IMG/VR virus record: IMGVR_UViG_3300029610_000240 | Strand: one strand, 5' to 3' | DNA from: a virus | Taxonomy: Duplodnaviria; Heunggongvirae; Uroviricota; Caudoviricetes | DNA length: 64,000 nucleotides | In this document: positions 19,461 through 29,015 of the stretch, piece after piece | Position numbering within the stretch: the first letter of the stretch is position 1 | How the letters are laid out: each line of letters starts with the position of its first letter | The notes under the pieces: model-generated | The model's database searches: none | Told to the model about the DNA's origin: nothing | The model's input: the letters and a program-made list of their open reading frames with translations, nothing else | Made by a program: the position numbers and the translations under genes

Positions 19461-19772
19461 ATGAAACAGTATATCGGAATAAAGGTTGTTGCTGCGAGAC
19501 CAATGACAAGAGGTGACTATAATATCTTTCGAGGATGGCAGATTCCGGCAGACGAAGATCCTGCCGATGAAGGATATGTGATGAAATACGAGAATGGACA
19601 TGTGCAATGGTTGCCAAAGGATATGTTTGAGTCTGACTATAAAGAATATGACGAGAGTACCCTGCCGGCAACAGCTATTGGTATGGTAAGTTCAGATTAC
19701 AAAGAATGTTTTCAGGCAGAGTACAAGCAGCTCAGAATTCGTTATGAAAAATTGAAGAGAATGCGTCAATAA
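19461..19772 (+). CDS. hypothetical small protein
   Basis: ATG at 19461 behind GGAGAAAGGAG. Its stop codon directly abuts the IscB element's left hairpin. Confidence 0.5.
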   Translation: MKQYIGIKVVAARPMTRGDYNIFRGWQIPADEDPADEGYVMKYENGHVQWLPKDMFESDYKEYDESTLPATAIGMVSSDYKECFQAEYKQLRIRYEKLKRMRQ

Positions 19773-20044
19773 CCCCGACCTACAGTAATAACTGTTGAGG
19801 TCGGAGCTTGTAAAAGCTCATATTGACTAGCCTAAGTTCTTCGAGAACTACGTTGTTTATGTTATCACACCTGCGAATGATACCATAGTTTGCAGCCTTG
19901 TGTAGGCTCTGTAAAAGTTCTGTGAGGTAGGAACGGTCAACCTAGTATGTTCGATCACGACAAGCATTTACAACATTGGCGAAGGGTAACAAACTTTCAA
20001 AAGAAAGGGACAGCACTTGAGAGTAGCTGTCAAAGGTAAAAACT
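19773..20044 (+). ncRNA. IscB omega-RNA region
   Basis: About 270 nt of non-coding, visibly GC-richer and hairpin-rich sequence immediately 5' of iscB, which is the known position of IscB omega-RNAs. Confidence 0.65.
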
Positions 20045-21319
20045 ATGAGAGTATTTGTATTCAATATGCGTGGCAGACCATTAATGCCATGCTCACAAAG
20101 AAAAGCCAGATTACTCCTAAGGGAAAATAAGGCTATGATTTATAAATATCATCCATTTACGATTCAGCTGACTTATACAACTGGAGAAACAAAGCAGGAC
20201 TGTCATATAGGTATAGACACAGGTTCTAAATATATAGGAGCTGCTGTCAGATCAGAGGATAAGGTTTTTTGGAAAGGCGAAATCGAGCTTCGACAGGATA
20301 TCAGGTCAAATCTTGATACGAAACGTATTTATCGCAGAAGCAGACGAAATCGTAAAACAAGATACCGAAAACCAAGGTTTTTAAATCGTAAGAGAAGAGA
20401 TGAATGGCTTCCACCTAGCTTGCAAAGCAGGATAAATCATACGTTTCATTGGATTGACACATTGAGTAGTTTGGTTCCAAACCCCATTCTTCACATAGAA
20501 GTCGGTAAGTTTGATGTAGCAAAGATGATAAATCCTGAAATCCATGGAGTTGACTATCAACATGGTCAGACATATGGTTTCTTCGATGAAAGGTATTTTG
20601 TTTTTGCAAGAGATAACTACACTTGTCAGTGCTGTGGAAAGTCAAAAAATAAGATTTTGAACACACATCATATCATCTACCGCAGTAATGGCGGAACAAA
20701 CAGAGTTGATAATCTTATTACAGTTTGCACAGATTGTCATACATCGCAGAATCACAGGAAAGGTGGAATATTCTATCAATGGCAGGAGCAGCATAAAAAG
20801 GTAAAACAATACAAAGAACCGCCGTTCATGAATACCTTACGTAAGAGGATATTTGTAGCGTATCCAGATGCTGAGATCACATATGGATCTGAAACAACAC
20901 CAAAACGTAAGGCGATGAAATTGGATAAGACGCACTATAATGATGCGATTGTCATTAGTGGTATCAATGAAATTAAAGAAAATCCTGAAGAATGGTTACT
21001 GATAAAACAATTCCGCAAAAAGAAACGCTCTTTACACGAGGCTACCGCCCGTAAGGGAAGAAAAAAGCCAAACAGAAATCAGACGCGTAACAGTAAGAAT
21101 ACGCCTTATTATAAAGGATTTTATCTTAACGATAAGGTTTCAGTTTTTGGAAAGAGTGGATATATTACAGGATTTACGAGCAATGCGGCATATATAAAAG
21201 ATGAGAACAATGACTATATTACTCTGCCAAACAAAACCTATAAACAGGTCAGCATCAATAAAATGAAGTTGGAATGTCATAACAACAATTGGCAGTACAT
21301 AATAAAAAATGCTGTGTAA
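20045..21319 (+). CDS. iscB: IscB RNA-guided nuclease (PLMP, split RuvC, HNH)
   Basis: PLMP motif (RGRPLMPC), RuvC-I IGIDTGSKYIGAAV, Arg-rich bridge RRSRRNRKTRYRKPRF, RuvC-II LHIEVGKFD, HNH CQCCGK..THHIIYRSNGGTNRVDNLITVCTDCH, RuvC-III HYNDAIV. Confidence 0.9.
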   Translation: MRVFVFNMRGRPLMPCSQRKARLLLRENKAMIYKYHPFTIQLTYTTGETKQDCHIGIDTGSKYIGAAVRSEDKVFWKGEIELRQDIRSNLDTKRIYRRSRRNRKTRYRKPRFLNRKRRDEWLPPSLQSRINHTFHWIDTLSSLVPNPILHIEVGKFDVAKMINPEIHGVDYQHGQTYGFFDERYFVFARDNYTCQCCGKSKNKILNTHHIIYRSNGGTNRVDNLITVCTDCHTSQNHRKGGIFYQWQEQHKKVKQYKEPPFMNTLRKRIFVAYPDAEITYGSETTPKRKAMKLDKTHYNDAIVISGINEIKENPEEWLLIKQFRKKKRSLHEATARKGRKKPNRNQTRNSKNTPYYKGFYLNDKVSVFGKSGYITGFTSNAAYIKDENNDYITLPNKTYKQVSINKMKLECHNNNWQYIIKNAV

Positions 21320-21404
21320 TCCGCAATTCATCCCACCACCTATAGAGGTGGGGGACTTCTTGCTCACGGCGTGTTAAATAATTTCCATGAAAGAGAGGTT
21401 TTTT

Positions 21405-21878
21405 ATGCAAAAAAGATATCAATACTGTATGTCAGGTATGTTTGCTGCGACAGATCAAAATTATTACGAAATTAACATCCCATCTCCGCATACATATGAG
21501 ACGGAAGAAGAAGCTATGGCAGATGGAGCTTTTGGATATCGTTTTGTTTTATTGCCTGGTGGTAAAGGACCACAAGTAGTTATATTTGAAGGATCTGGCT
21601 TTCGTCTGGTTTGTGATGGAAAAGAAAATTATATAAAAGACTGGGTTGAAGGAGATATTGTCGGAATATATGATTTCGATGAATTTACAAAAGCTGGTGG
21701 CTATATCCGCTTACTAAATCCAGAACTGGGAGACGATGTTTGTATTATTGAAGATTCAGACTTTTTGGACACAGATAAAACGTTTGCGGATATTTTCCCT
21801 AATATGGAACATCTAAAGCTGTATTATATCGATAATCTTGCATATTCCATTGATGAAATAACAGAAGGAGATAAATAA
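21405..21878 (+). CDS. hypothetical protein
   Basis: ATG at 21405 behind GAGAGG. No motif recognised. Confidence 0.5.
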   Translation: MQKRYQYCMSGMFAATDQNYYEINIPSPHTYETEEEAMADGAFGYRFVLLPGGKGPQVVIFEGSGFRLVCDGKENYIKDWVEGDIVGIYDFDEFTKAGGYIRLLNPELGDDVCIIEDSDFLDTDKTFADIFPNMEHLKLYYIDNLAYSIDEITEGDK

Positions 21879-22399
21879 TGGCAAAAACAGAAGAAACATT
21901 GATCATTGAAGATGTCTTATATCAAAACCTGTTTGGATCCAACCCATGCCTTGCAAGAGAGTATGGAACAAAGGAAGTTACCGTAACTCTTCTCAAGGAG
22001 AAAAAAGTAAAGGAAATCGTTGATTTTCTAAGCTATAACGCAAAAAAAGATGAATTTCGATGCTATGAGATTAAAGTCAGCATGGCCGATTTTAAGAGTA
22101 AGGCTGCCAAAACATGGATTGGAAATTATAATTATTTGGTTATTCCAAGAGAGTTATATTTAAAGCAATCCTTGTATGAATGGAAAGAACAGATTCCATA
22201 TTACGTGGGTATTATCGTTGTAAACGTAGAGCGTAGATCGAAATGGGTTGCTAAAAGACCTTCACCAATGGAAGTATCTGCAGGAATGAAGTTTATGTTA
22301 AGACAGAGTCTAATCAGAACTTTATTTTATCAAAATGATAAATTAAAAAAGAATAGTGCTGCTAAAATAGAGCAGATCTGTCAAGAGACAGAAAAGTAA
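21878..22399 (+). CDS. MmcB-like PD-(D/E)xK family protein
   Basis: EIVDFLSYN..FRCYEIKVSMADFKSK resembles the MmcB-family nuclease-fold core, recalled from memory. Confidence 0.4.
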   Translation: MAKTEETLIIEDVLYQNLFGSNPCLAREYGTKEVTVTLLKEKKVKEIVDFLSYNAKKDEFRCYEIKVSMADFKSKAAKTWIGNYNYLVIPRELYLKQSLYEWKEQIPYYVGIIVVNVERRSKWVAKRPSPMEVSAGMKFMLRQSLIRTLFYQNDKLKKNSAAKIEQICQETEK

Positions 22400-22434
22400 C
22401 TGTTAAGTATCAAATAAAGAAAGGAATTTAAATT

Positions 22435-23001
22435 ATGGAAAAAATCTTGAATTTACAGAGAGGATGGAAATCCAGACTATGGTTTGGAGAAAAAGCATTT
22501 GCATTATGTTTTGTGATATTTACAGCATTTACTGGTTTAGTAAGTGTTAATGCAGGACCTGGAGCCTTGTATGAATCTCATACATTTCGTACAATTTTAA
22601 ATGTCATGTTGACTGCTGCTGCATATGTAATCGCAATTGATCTTGTGTATAACATGATGTTTAATTTTTCCCAACGTTTTTATCAGTCAATCGTCATAGA
22701 AGAAGCAATCGCTATCATTCCATTTATCGTTGGATTGATTATTTTATATGTATTTTCCTGCGGAAAAACAGTGGCAGATTTAATGTATTTTAAGACATAT
22801 GAGCATTTATGGGTGACATTTGTAATTGCTGCATGTATGATTCATGTGGTTTGCAGCTTTGTATTTCGTATGATCCGAAAGGATTACTATAAAAAACATC
22901 CAGAAGAAGAACCACATTATGGCACCATGTATGTATATGATCTTAATAAAAGTAAGAATGATGAAGGAGGAGATGTAGATGAAAAAAGGGAAAGTGATTA
23001 G
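22435..23001 (+). CDS. multi-pass membrane protein
   Basis: Four or five hydrophobic helices and an acidic C-terminal tail. Confidence 0.55.
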   Translation: MEKILNLQRGWKSRLWFGEKAFALCFVIFTAFTGLVSVNAGPGALYESHTFRTILNVMLTAAAYVIAIDLVYNMMFNFSQRFYQSIVIEEAIAIIPFIVGLIILYVFSCGKTVADLMYFKTYEHLWVTFVIAACMIHVVCSFVFRMIRKDYYKKHPEEEPHYGTMYVYDLNKSKNDEGGDVDEKRESD

Positions 23002-23446
23002 AGTAGAAAATGATATTGTAACGATCGGGATGAACAATGGTTCCATTAAAGAAGTTCGAAGATGTGATCTTGGATTTGATCCTGTTCTTGGAGATTTGGT
23101 GGAAATTTTCGAGAATGAAGATCAGATCATTGTGACAAAGGCAAAAAAAGAGCCTGAGAATCACAACGATGCTGGAATCAATATTAACATGACAAACAGT
23201 ATTAACAATGCATCTGATGTGGCAGCAGGAAATGGAAAGAAAGTAGTGAATAAAGTAGCTTACTGCTTACTGGCACTTTTCCTTGGTGGTTTCGGTGCTC
23301 ATAAGTTTTACAGTGGAAAGACTGGGATGGGAATCCTCTATATTGTGTTTTGTTGGACAGCGATTCCAAGTTTTGTTGCATGGGTAGAATTGATCATTGC
23401 TGTATTTACCAAAAAAGCCGATGCAAACGGAAACATTGTTATGTGA
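22979..23446 (+). CDS. TM2-domain membrane protein
   Basis: AYCLLALFLGGFGAHKFYSGKTGMGILYIVFCWTAIPSFVAWVE is the TM2 domain signature. Confidence 0.7.
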   Translation: MKKGKVIRVENDIVTIGMNNGSIKEVRRCDLGFDPVLGDLVEIFENEDQIIVTKAKKEPENHNDAGININMTNSINNASDVAAGNGKKVVNKVAYCLLALFLGGFGAHKFYSGKTGMGILYIVFCWTAIPSFVAWVELIIAVFTKKADANGNIVM

Positions 23447-23600
23447 CATCCTCTCCCATCTATAGAGGTGGGAGCTTCCCTAACCTCGGCAGGTTTGGTT
23501 CTCGTTCGATAGCACCAATGTGCTAAGCTTAAGCGAGCTAACCCCGTGTGTCCCACGGTTGTATTATGTGAAATTGTGGTTATGCAGTTACTATCCGCAT
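23447..23600 (-). ncRNA. TnpB omega-RNA region
   Basis: Sequence overlapping and extending past the 3' end of tnpB, GC-richer than its surroundings, ending at the element-end hairpin. Confidence 0.55.
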
Positions 23601-24698
23601 TCCCTCATTTCTGATATTGATCGCTGCATTTACATCTCTGTCGTGATGGATTCCACACTGCGGACAATCCCACTGCCTGAGTGCAAGATCCTTTGTTTTC
23701 GCATTCTTGTAACCACAGGCAGAACACATCTGACTGCTTGCAAAAAATCTGTCCACTTTCACAAGTTTTTTCCCTTGTTCCTCAAGTTTATACTTTAGAA
23801 AGGCTGTGAACATTCCCCATCCATTATCCGAAACGGATTTTCCCAATTTCAACGACCGAGACATTGCTTTCATATCCAGATCCTCTATACATACACAATC
23901 ATAGGCATTGGTTATCTGTCTTGACTGCTTATGCAGAAAATCTTTTCGCTGATTGGAAACTTTTTCGTGAAGTTTGGCTACCTTGATTCTCTGTTTCCTG
24001 CGATTGTTCGAACCTTTCTGCATCTTGGAAAGTCTGCGTTGTTCTCTTGCTAATCTTTTCTCTGCGTTCCGGTAATATCCTGGATATGCCGGTTCATTGC
24101 CATTACTGTCACGATATAATCCGTGCATGGAAAAGTCCAGACCTAAAAAACTGTGCATCTCCTTTTCTGGTATCTGATCTTCATACTCAAAAAGGATACT
24201 TGCATAGTATCTTCCGCCTGGTGTCTGGCTGATCGTCACTGATTTCAACCTGTATCCCTTTGGAACAGATCTGTGCTGCTTTAATCGGACTTGTCCGATC
24301 TTTGGCAGTTTCAGATACCCATCCGATATGGTGATGTTGCCATTGATACATATGGTTGAATAGCTGTTTTTATGATTCTTTTTTGATTTGAACCTTGGAA
24401 ATCCTGTTTTCGGCCGTTTGAAAAAGTTCTGAAATGCTGTATCAAGGTGTCGGAGTGATTGCTGTAAGGATATACTATCGACTTCCCGCAAAAATGCGTA
24501 TTCTTCCGTTTTCTTCATTTCAGCCATTTCTTTCGCACAGACAGTATATGTTATATTTGTCTTGTTCTTCTTATACTGCCTGATCCTTCGATTAAGCCAA
24601 TGGTTGTACACCATTCTGACACAGCCGAAAGTCCTGGCAAACAGAATCATCTGCTCATTATTGGGATATATTCTGAATTTATATGCTCTGTTTGCCAT
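23580..24698 (-). CDS. tnpB: TnpB RNA-guided nuclease (IS605 OrfB type)
   Basis: N-terminal AYKFRIYPN..Q, RuvC D (GLDFSMHG), E (CIEDLDMK), Zn finger CSACGY..CPQCG, RuvC-III HDRDVNAAINI. Confidence 0.9.
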   Translation of the reverse strand: MANRAYKFRIYPNNEQMILFARTFGCVRMVYNHWLNRRIRQYKKNKTNITYTVCAKEMAEMKKTEEYAFLREVDSISLQQSLRHLDTAFQNFFKRPKTGFPRFKSKKNHKNSYSTICINGNITISDGYLKLPKIGQVRLKQHRSVPKGYRLKSVTISQTPGGRYYASILFEYEDQIPEKEMHSFLGLDFSMHGLYRDSNGNEPAYPGYYRNAEKRLAREQRRLSKMQKGSNNRRKQRIKVAKLHEKVSNQRKDFLHKQSRQITNAYDCVCIEDLDMKAMSRSLKLGKSVSDNGWGMFTAFLKYKLEEQGKKLVKVDRFFASSQMCSACGYKNAKTKDLALRQWDCPQCGIHHDRDVNAAINIRNEGMRIVTA

Positions 24699-25247
24699 GG
24701 TATCACTCCCTTAGTTTTCTGCTTGTGTTTTTGATCATTTTAACAATTTATTATATTTTATCATTTCTTTATTATTCTTTTAAATATATTATACTATGAT
24801 CAGAATACAATATCAAGTGCTTAACAGACGCAATTCATCTCTCACCTTAGAGGTCGGAGTCTTCTTGCTGGAAGAAGATAAAGTATAAGAATAAAAGCCC
24901 CAAAATCTTAACGGATAACGGGGCTTATTTTTTTGTTTAGAAGTTGGAATAAATTATAAATAATAATTTAAAATATGTAATATTCCCATATAATTATAAT
25001 GTTATTCTTGAAATATGTTCAAATAAAGCTAAAAAATATGGGAGCGTTACATATTTTTGCTTGTAATTTGTCAAGGTTATTGTATAATTAAATTATAACG
25101 AACGTTCGTACTAATTAATTTTGAAATGGAACAAAATGTGATTAGAAAGGTAACATTTTTACATGAATTTGGAAAAACAAAAAGAAAATTTCAAGAATCA
25201 TAGGGCAATATTTAAAGATCTTGGAAATAAGGAAGGAGTTGATTTTA

Positions 25248-25451
25248 ATGTTTGAAACTATATCTCACTTTGTTTTGGGTGTTGTTGCAATAGCTATTTT
25301 GCATATAGCTCTCACTTATGGTATGAGCGATAAAACAAACGACAATCCAAAGATAAGATTCTTAAAAACTGTGTGTTTTGTGGGTGCTTTTGTGGGTGCA
25401 AATATAATGATCATATTTTTCATTTATATTATTGTTAGGAGTCCATTATGA
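25248..25451 (+). CDS. small membrane protein
   Basis: ATG at 25248 behind AGGAAGGAG. Two hydrophobic helices. Confidence 0.45.
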   Translation: MFETISHFVLGVVAIAILHIALTYGMSDKTNDNPKIRFLKTVCFVGAFVGANIMIIFFIYIIVRSPL

Positions 25452-25479
25452 TATTGATTTTGCAAAAGGAGGAACAAGA

Positions 25480-25644
25480 ATGAGAATGGAAACTTTTTAC
25501 AAAATAATACTTGGAATAAGAGAGTTTCCCGGCTGTGCAGACTTGTTGTTAACTTATGATGATCAAGAAATTTTGCATCAATTATATAATCAGAATCACA
25601 TTGGAATACACATTATAGGTAGAAATTATAGTTGCCGCCGGTAA
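25480..25644 (+). CDS. hypothetical small protein
   Basis: ATG at 25480 behind AAAGGAGGA. Confidence 0.4.
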   Translation: MRMETFYKIILGIREFPGCADLLLTYDDQEILHQLYNQNHIGIHIIGRNYSCRR

Positions 25645-25675
25645 AATAGAGAAAATTATGTGAAGGAGAACGTTT

Positions 25676-25912
25676 ATGACAATAGCACAGCAGATTGCAC
25701 ATGACTTTTTAGCGAGTATAGAAAAAGTATGTGTCGAAAATAAAATAGATATTGGGTCATTAGAAACAAGTATTATTTATGACAAAGGAGCACAAGCAGG
25801 AATAGCAGTAAAAGATGCACAAGCAGGAATAATTATTGCATCTCTATTTTATGCCTTTTATTTTTCCCATATAAGAGAAATCCTTTTTATGATCTGCAAA
25901 AAGATGGAATAG
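25676..25912 (+). CDS. hypothetical small protein
   Basis: RBS GAAGGAGAA. Contains an internal duplicated GAQAGIAVKDAQAGII. Confidence 0.4.
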   Translation: MTIAQQIAHDFLASIEKVCVENKIDIGSLETSIIYDKGAQAGIAVKDAQAGIIIASLFYAFYFSHIREILFMICKKME

Positions 25913-25992
25913 ATATGATGGAAAAGGATTTCGGAAGTTTTTTGGACAAGTAGATCATATAGGCAGATATAAACGAATTGATCACAAGTTAA

Positions 25993-26667
25993 ATGAAAGA
26001 GGTTTTGAAGAAAATGAAAATAAAATGTAGTAAAAAATTAAAGAAAACGCATTTGAGTGATGGTGCTTATAATTTGCTAATCGAAGCTATTGTACTATAC
26101 GGCTTATTAATCAATCTTATAACATGTGCATTTTTTGCGGATTATGTAGCTATGATTCCATTAAGAGCATTGGTGATTGGATACCTGCTCATTTCAATTA
26201 TTGGAATAGTAATGTTAACCAGATATAAGGCTGTCCTTGTAAAATTTGTTGGATATAACATGATTGTGATTCCATGTGGAATAACATTATCAACCATCAT
26301 CAGTGATTATGCTGGTAGATCTGATCTTGTATTGCAAGCATTGATCATTACAACTATGATCACTTTTTGTATGATTACTCTTAGTTGCATATTCCCAAAG
26401 TTTTTTGTAGGTATTGGGAAAATGCTTTTTGTAGCATTAGTAGGAGTTGTTATTGCATATGTCGTATGCTATTTTGTCGGATTAAATACAGGAATTATAG
26501 CATGGATTTCGGCAATTATTTTTTCCTTATATATTGGATACGATTTTGTTTCAGCACAGCAGGCTAAACATACAGTTGCAAACGCAATTATTTACGGGGC
26601 TGATATTTATTTGGATCTGGTCAATCTTTTTGTTGAGATTTTAAGAATTTTAAAAGATAACGATTAA
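25993..26667 (+). CDS. Bax-inhibitor-1/YccA-like membrane protein
   Basis: Seven hydrophobic helices and the C-terminal GADIYLDLVNLFVEILRIL pattern typical of BI-1 family proteins. Confidence 0.6.
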   Translation: MKEVLKKMKIKCSKKLKKTHLSDGAYNLLIEAIVLYGLLINLITCAFFADYVAMIPLRALVIGYLLISIIGIVMLTRYKAVLVKFVGYNMIVIPCGITLSTIISDYAGRSDLVLQALIITTMITFCMITLSCIFPKFFVGIGKMLFVALVGVVIAYVVCYFVGLNTGIIAWISAIIFSLYIGYDFVSAQQAKHTVANAIIYGADIYLDLVNLFVEILRILKDND

Positions 26668-26703
26668 TCATTATATGTCAAAATAAGATAGGAGAGAAAG
26701 ATT

Positions 26704-26913
26704 ATGAGTCAAAATACGAATAAGCAGCATCGAGAAATAAAAGTAGTTGTGAGGGATTTTACGCAGCAGGGAGAAAGAGATAAAGTAAGGGATGAACTAA
26801 TTAAAAGTGGCTATAAAGTAGTTGTGAAAAATTTTACAAAGGAAGAGAGTCACGGAGAGTTTCGAATGCCTGAAAATGAAGATGTAGACATTGACTCAAA
26901 AAGATTTATCTGA
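26704..26913 (+). CDS. hypothetical protein with a KVVV(R/K)(D/N)FT repeat
   Basis: Two internal copies, KVVVRDFTQQGE and KVVVKNFTKEESHGE. A third orphan copy lies at 28019..28084. Confidence 0.5.
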   Translation: MSQNTNKQHREIKVVVRDFTQQGERDKVRDELIKSGYKVVVKNFTKEESHGEFRMPENEDVDIDSKRFI

Positions 26914-26946
26914 TTACGAAAATGAAGTTCTTATAGGAGAAAATTT

Positions 26947-27978
26947 ATGAAAATGAGAAAGAAAGAAGTCGTTAAAATGTTAAAAGAAATGCAAAAAACT
27001 GTATATAATTCTGTTATGTTTGAAAAAGCCGGACCCCAGCAGAAATGGATTATTGAAAACCTGCTTGGAAGTGCAATCGCAGAGTTAGATGAGTATCCAT
27101 ATGCGATTGGACTCAAAAATAAGAATTTGATCGAGTCTAAAGTGGTTCATCCAGAAAGCGAATATGATTACGTTGATAGATTTGATGATGATGAAACGGA
27201 CTACTTAGATTATGATTGCAGGTATTCACTTTTTGAACCAAATACGAAAGAATCAAAGAATATTTCTGCAAAACAGGAATGCATGAAAGAAGGTATCGTA
27301 AAAAAGATTCCTTTTCTGCTCACAAAGGAAATAATCGCTGTATGTATCAATCACTCAAATACTACATACGCCAAATTCATCTATGAAAAAACGGATGATG
27401 GAAAGACCAAAGTAATTTTATATCCAGGCAATGTAAGCTTCGTGGTCGAAATAGAATCATTATCTATGTCATCTGATATTAGAAAAGCAAAAATTATATT
27501 TTCTTCTCTAAAAGCACAGTATAAAGACATGAATGAAGAATTATTTAATGAAATTCAGGAACGGATTATTGAACGATATATCAGGCTTATGGCATGGGAA
27601 GAAATCGAAAAAATAAGTACCTTAAATTTTCATGTAAGAATGCGAGAATGTGATCTGCTAAAATTATATCAATATTATATTTTTGATCGTAGCCGGCAGC
27701 GTCTAATAGTAAATGCGAAACCCTATGATAATGATCAATTATATGTCAATATCCTTGGAAATAGAATTAATTTGAATGATATATTAATCGGAGATCACTA
27801 TAAGTGGAATCCTGAAAAATTTCCAAAAATTTATGATGGATCATTTAAAGATTTTTTAGAATCATTTGATTTTGAAGCAAACGGAATTTGTCGTGTTCAT
27901 GATTCTATATATGCAAGTGATGAAAATGACATTCTTATTGGAAGAAAAATGAAATCTGTAATTGATAAATTATTCTAA
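26947..27978 (+). CDS. hypothetical protein
   Basis: 343-aa ORF with RBS TAGGAGAAA. Confidence 0.55.
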   Translation: MKMRKKEVVKMLKEMQKTVYNSVMFEKAGPQQKWIIENLLGSAIAELDEYPYAIGLKNKNLIESKVVHPESEYDYVDRFDDDETDYLDYDCRYSLFEPNTKESKNISAKQECMKEGIVKKIPFLLTKEIIAVCINHSNTTYAKFIYEKTDDGKTKVILYPGNVSFVVEIESLSMSSDIRKAKIIFSSLKAQYKDMNEELFNEIQERIIERYIRLMAWEEIEKISTLNFHVRMRECDLLKLYQYYIFDRSRQRLIVNAKPYDNDQLYVNILGNRINLNDILIGDHYKWNPEKFPKIYDGSFKDFLESFDFEANGICRVHDSIYASDENDILIGRKMKSVIDKLF

Positions 27979-28087
27979 AAAGAGAAATCAAAGAAGAAGT
28001 TGTTTTCAAAAGAAACAGCTACAAAATAGTTGTAAGAGATTTTACAAAGAAAGAGAATCACGGAAGGATTTGCGTGTTTGAAAAGGA

Positions 28088-28648
28088 GTGATGATAGTGA
28101 ACAATGCACAATTAATGAGAGAATTGAAAGAATCTGAGGAAATTAAGCAAGTTATTAACCATTTAACTCAAGATATTATTGATCTGTATCATATCCAGAT
28201 ACCAATTCAGGATATTGATGAAGCAGTTAAGATGTTTGGCGGCCGCGTGGAAGAAGATCGAGAAAAATACTGTAAATATTGCGATTTTATCAGCAAAGAG
28301 AGAGATTCTTTTGCAATTTATATTTCCCCATATTATAAATCTGAACGGAGAAAAATGATTATTGCTCAACAGTTAGGTCATTTGTTCTTGCATATGGGGT
28401 ATCAAACGAATCATGATCTTTGGAATCATCAAAAAGAAGGGCGGTTCCAAGAGAAGAACGATCCTGAACAGGCACGGCAGGCAAATAGTTTTGCATTTGC
28501 ATTGCTTATGCCGGAAAAAGAGTATCGAAAAATGATTGATCTTAATTCCGAAGGATTGCTAGTACAAACGAAAAATATTGCAGAGTATTTTGGAGTATCC
28601 CTGGCTGCTGCCGCTCAAAGAGGTAGAGGACTTAATATTTTAACATAA
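28088..28648 (+). CDS. ImmA/IrrE-like protein with degenerate metalloprotease motif
   Basis: IAQQLGHLFLH occupies the place of the family HExxH (aHELGHlllH). The trailing AFALLMPEKEY is typical of ImmA/IrrE. Confidence 0.5.
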   Translation: MMIVNNAQLMRELKESEEIKQVINHLTQDIIDLYHIQIPIQDIDEAVKMFGGRVEEDREKYCKYCDFISKERDSFAIYISPYYKSERRKMIIAQQLGHLFLHMGYQTNHDLWNHQKEGRFQEKNDPEQARQANSFAFALLMPEKEYRKMIDLNSEGLLVQTKNIAEYFGVSLAAAAQRGRGLNILT

Positions 28649-28698
28649 TACTAGCAGAAAAACTCCGTTTGTAAAACGTAAAAAGGAGAATCGTATTT

Positions 28699-28992
28699 AT
28701 GAGTGAATTCATTAAAACATTATTTGAAGAAAAAGAAAAGCTTGACGAAATATGCCATATTGAAGAGCAACAACGAAAGAAAATCCAGAAACATCTGGAT
28801 ACATTAACTGATGATCAGGTTAGGGAAATGTCATTTGAGGATAAAGTATTATTAAAAGAAAAATATGGATTTTTTATTGATACTAAATTAGTCAATCTTT
28901 TACATAGAGAAATCAAAAATGGATTAATTAAAGCAAAAGGACCTGCCATTCATTATCCTTTCTTGAAAGGACTTGTTTTTTTAACTGAATAA
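28699..28992 (+). CDS. hypothetical protein
   Basis: 97-aa ORF with RBS AAAGGAGAA. Confidence 0.5.
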   Translation: MSEFIKTLFEEKEKLDEICHIEEQQRKKIQKHLDTLTDDQVREMSFEDKVLLKEKYGFFIDTKLVNLLHREIKNGLIKAKGPAIHYPFLKGLVFLTE

Positions 28993-29015
28993 TCTGGTGC
29001 TAATTGATCCATCTG

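Larger units (their letters stand above)
19773..21370 (+). mobile_element. non-autonomous IS200/IS605-type IscB element
   Basis: Left hairpin CCGACCT..AGGTCGG (19775..19805). Right hairpin CCACCT-ATAG-AGGTGG followed by GGACTTCTTGC (about 21333..21365). No tnpA inside. Confidence 0.75.
23447..24880 (-). mobile_element. non-autonomous IS200/IS605-type TnpB element
   Basis: Hairpins CTCCCATCT-ATAG-AGGTGGGAG (about 23456..23480) and CACCT-TAG-AGGTCGG followed by AGTCTTCTTGC (about 24843..24872). Both are related to the IscB element's ends. No tnpA. Confidence 0.75.
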
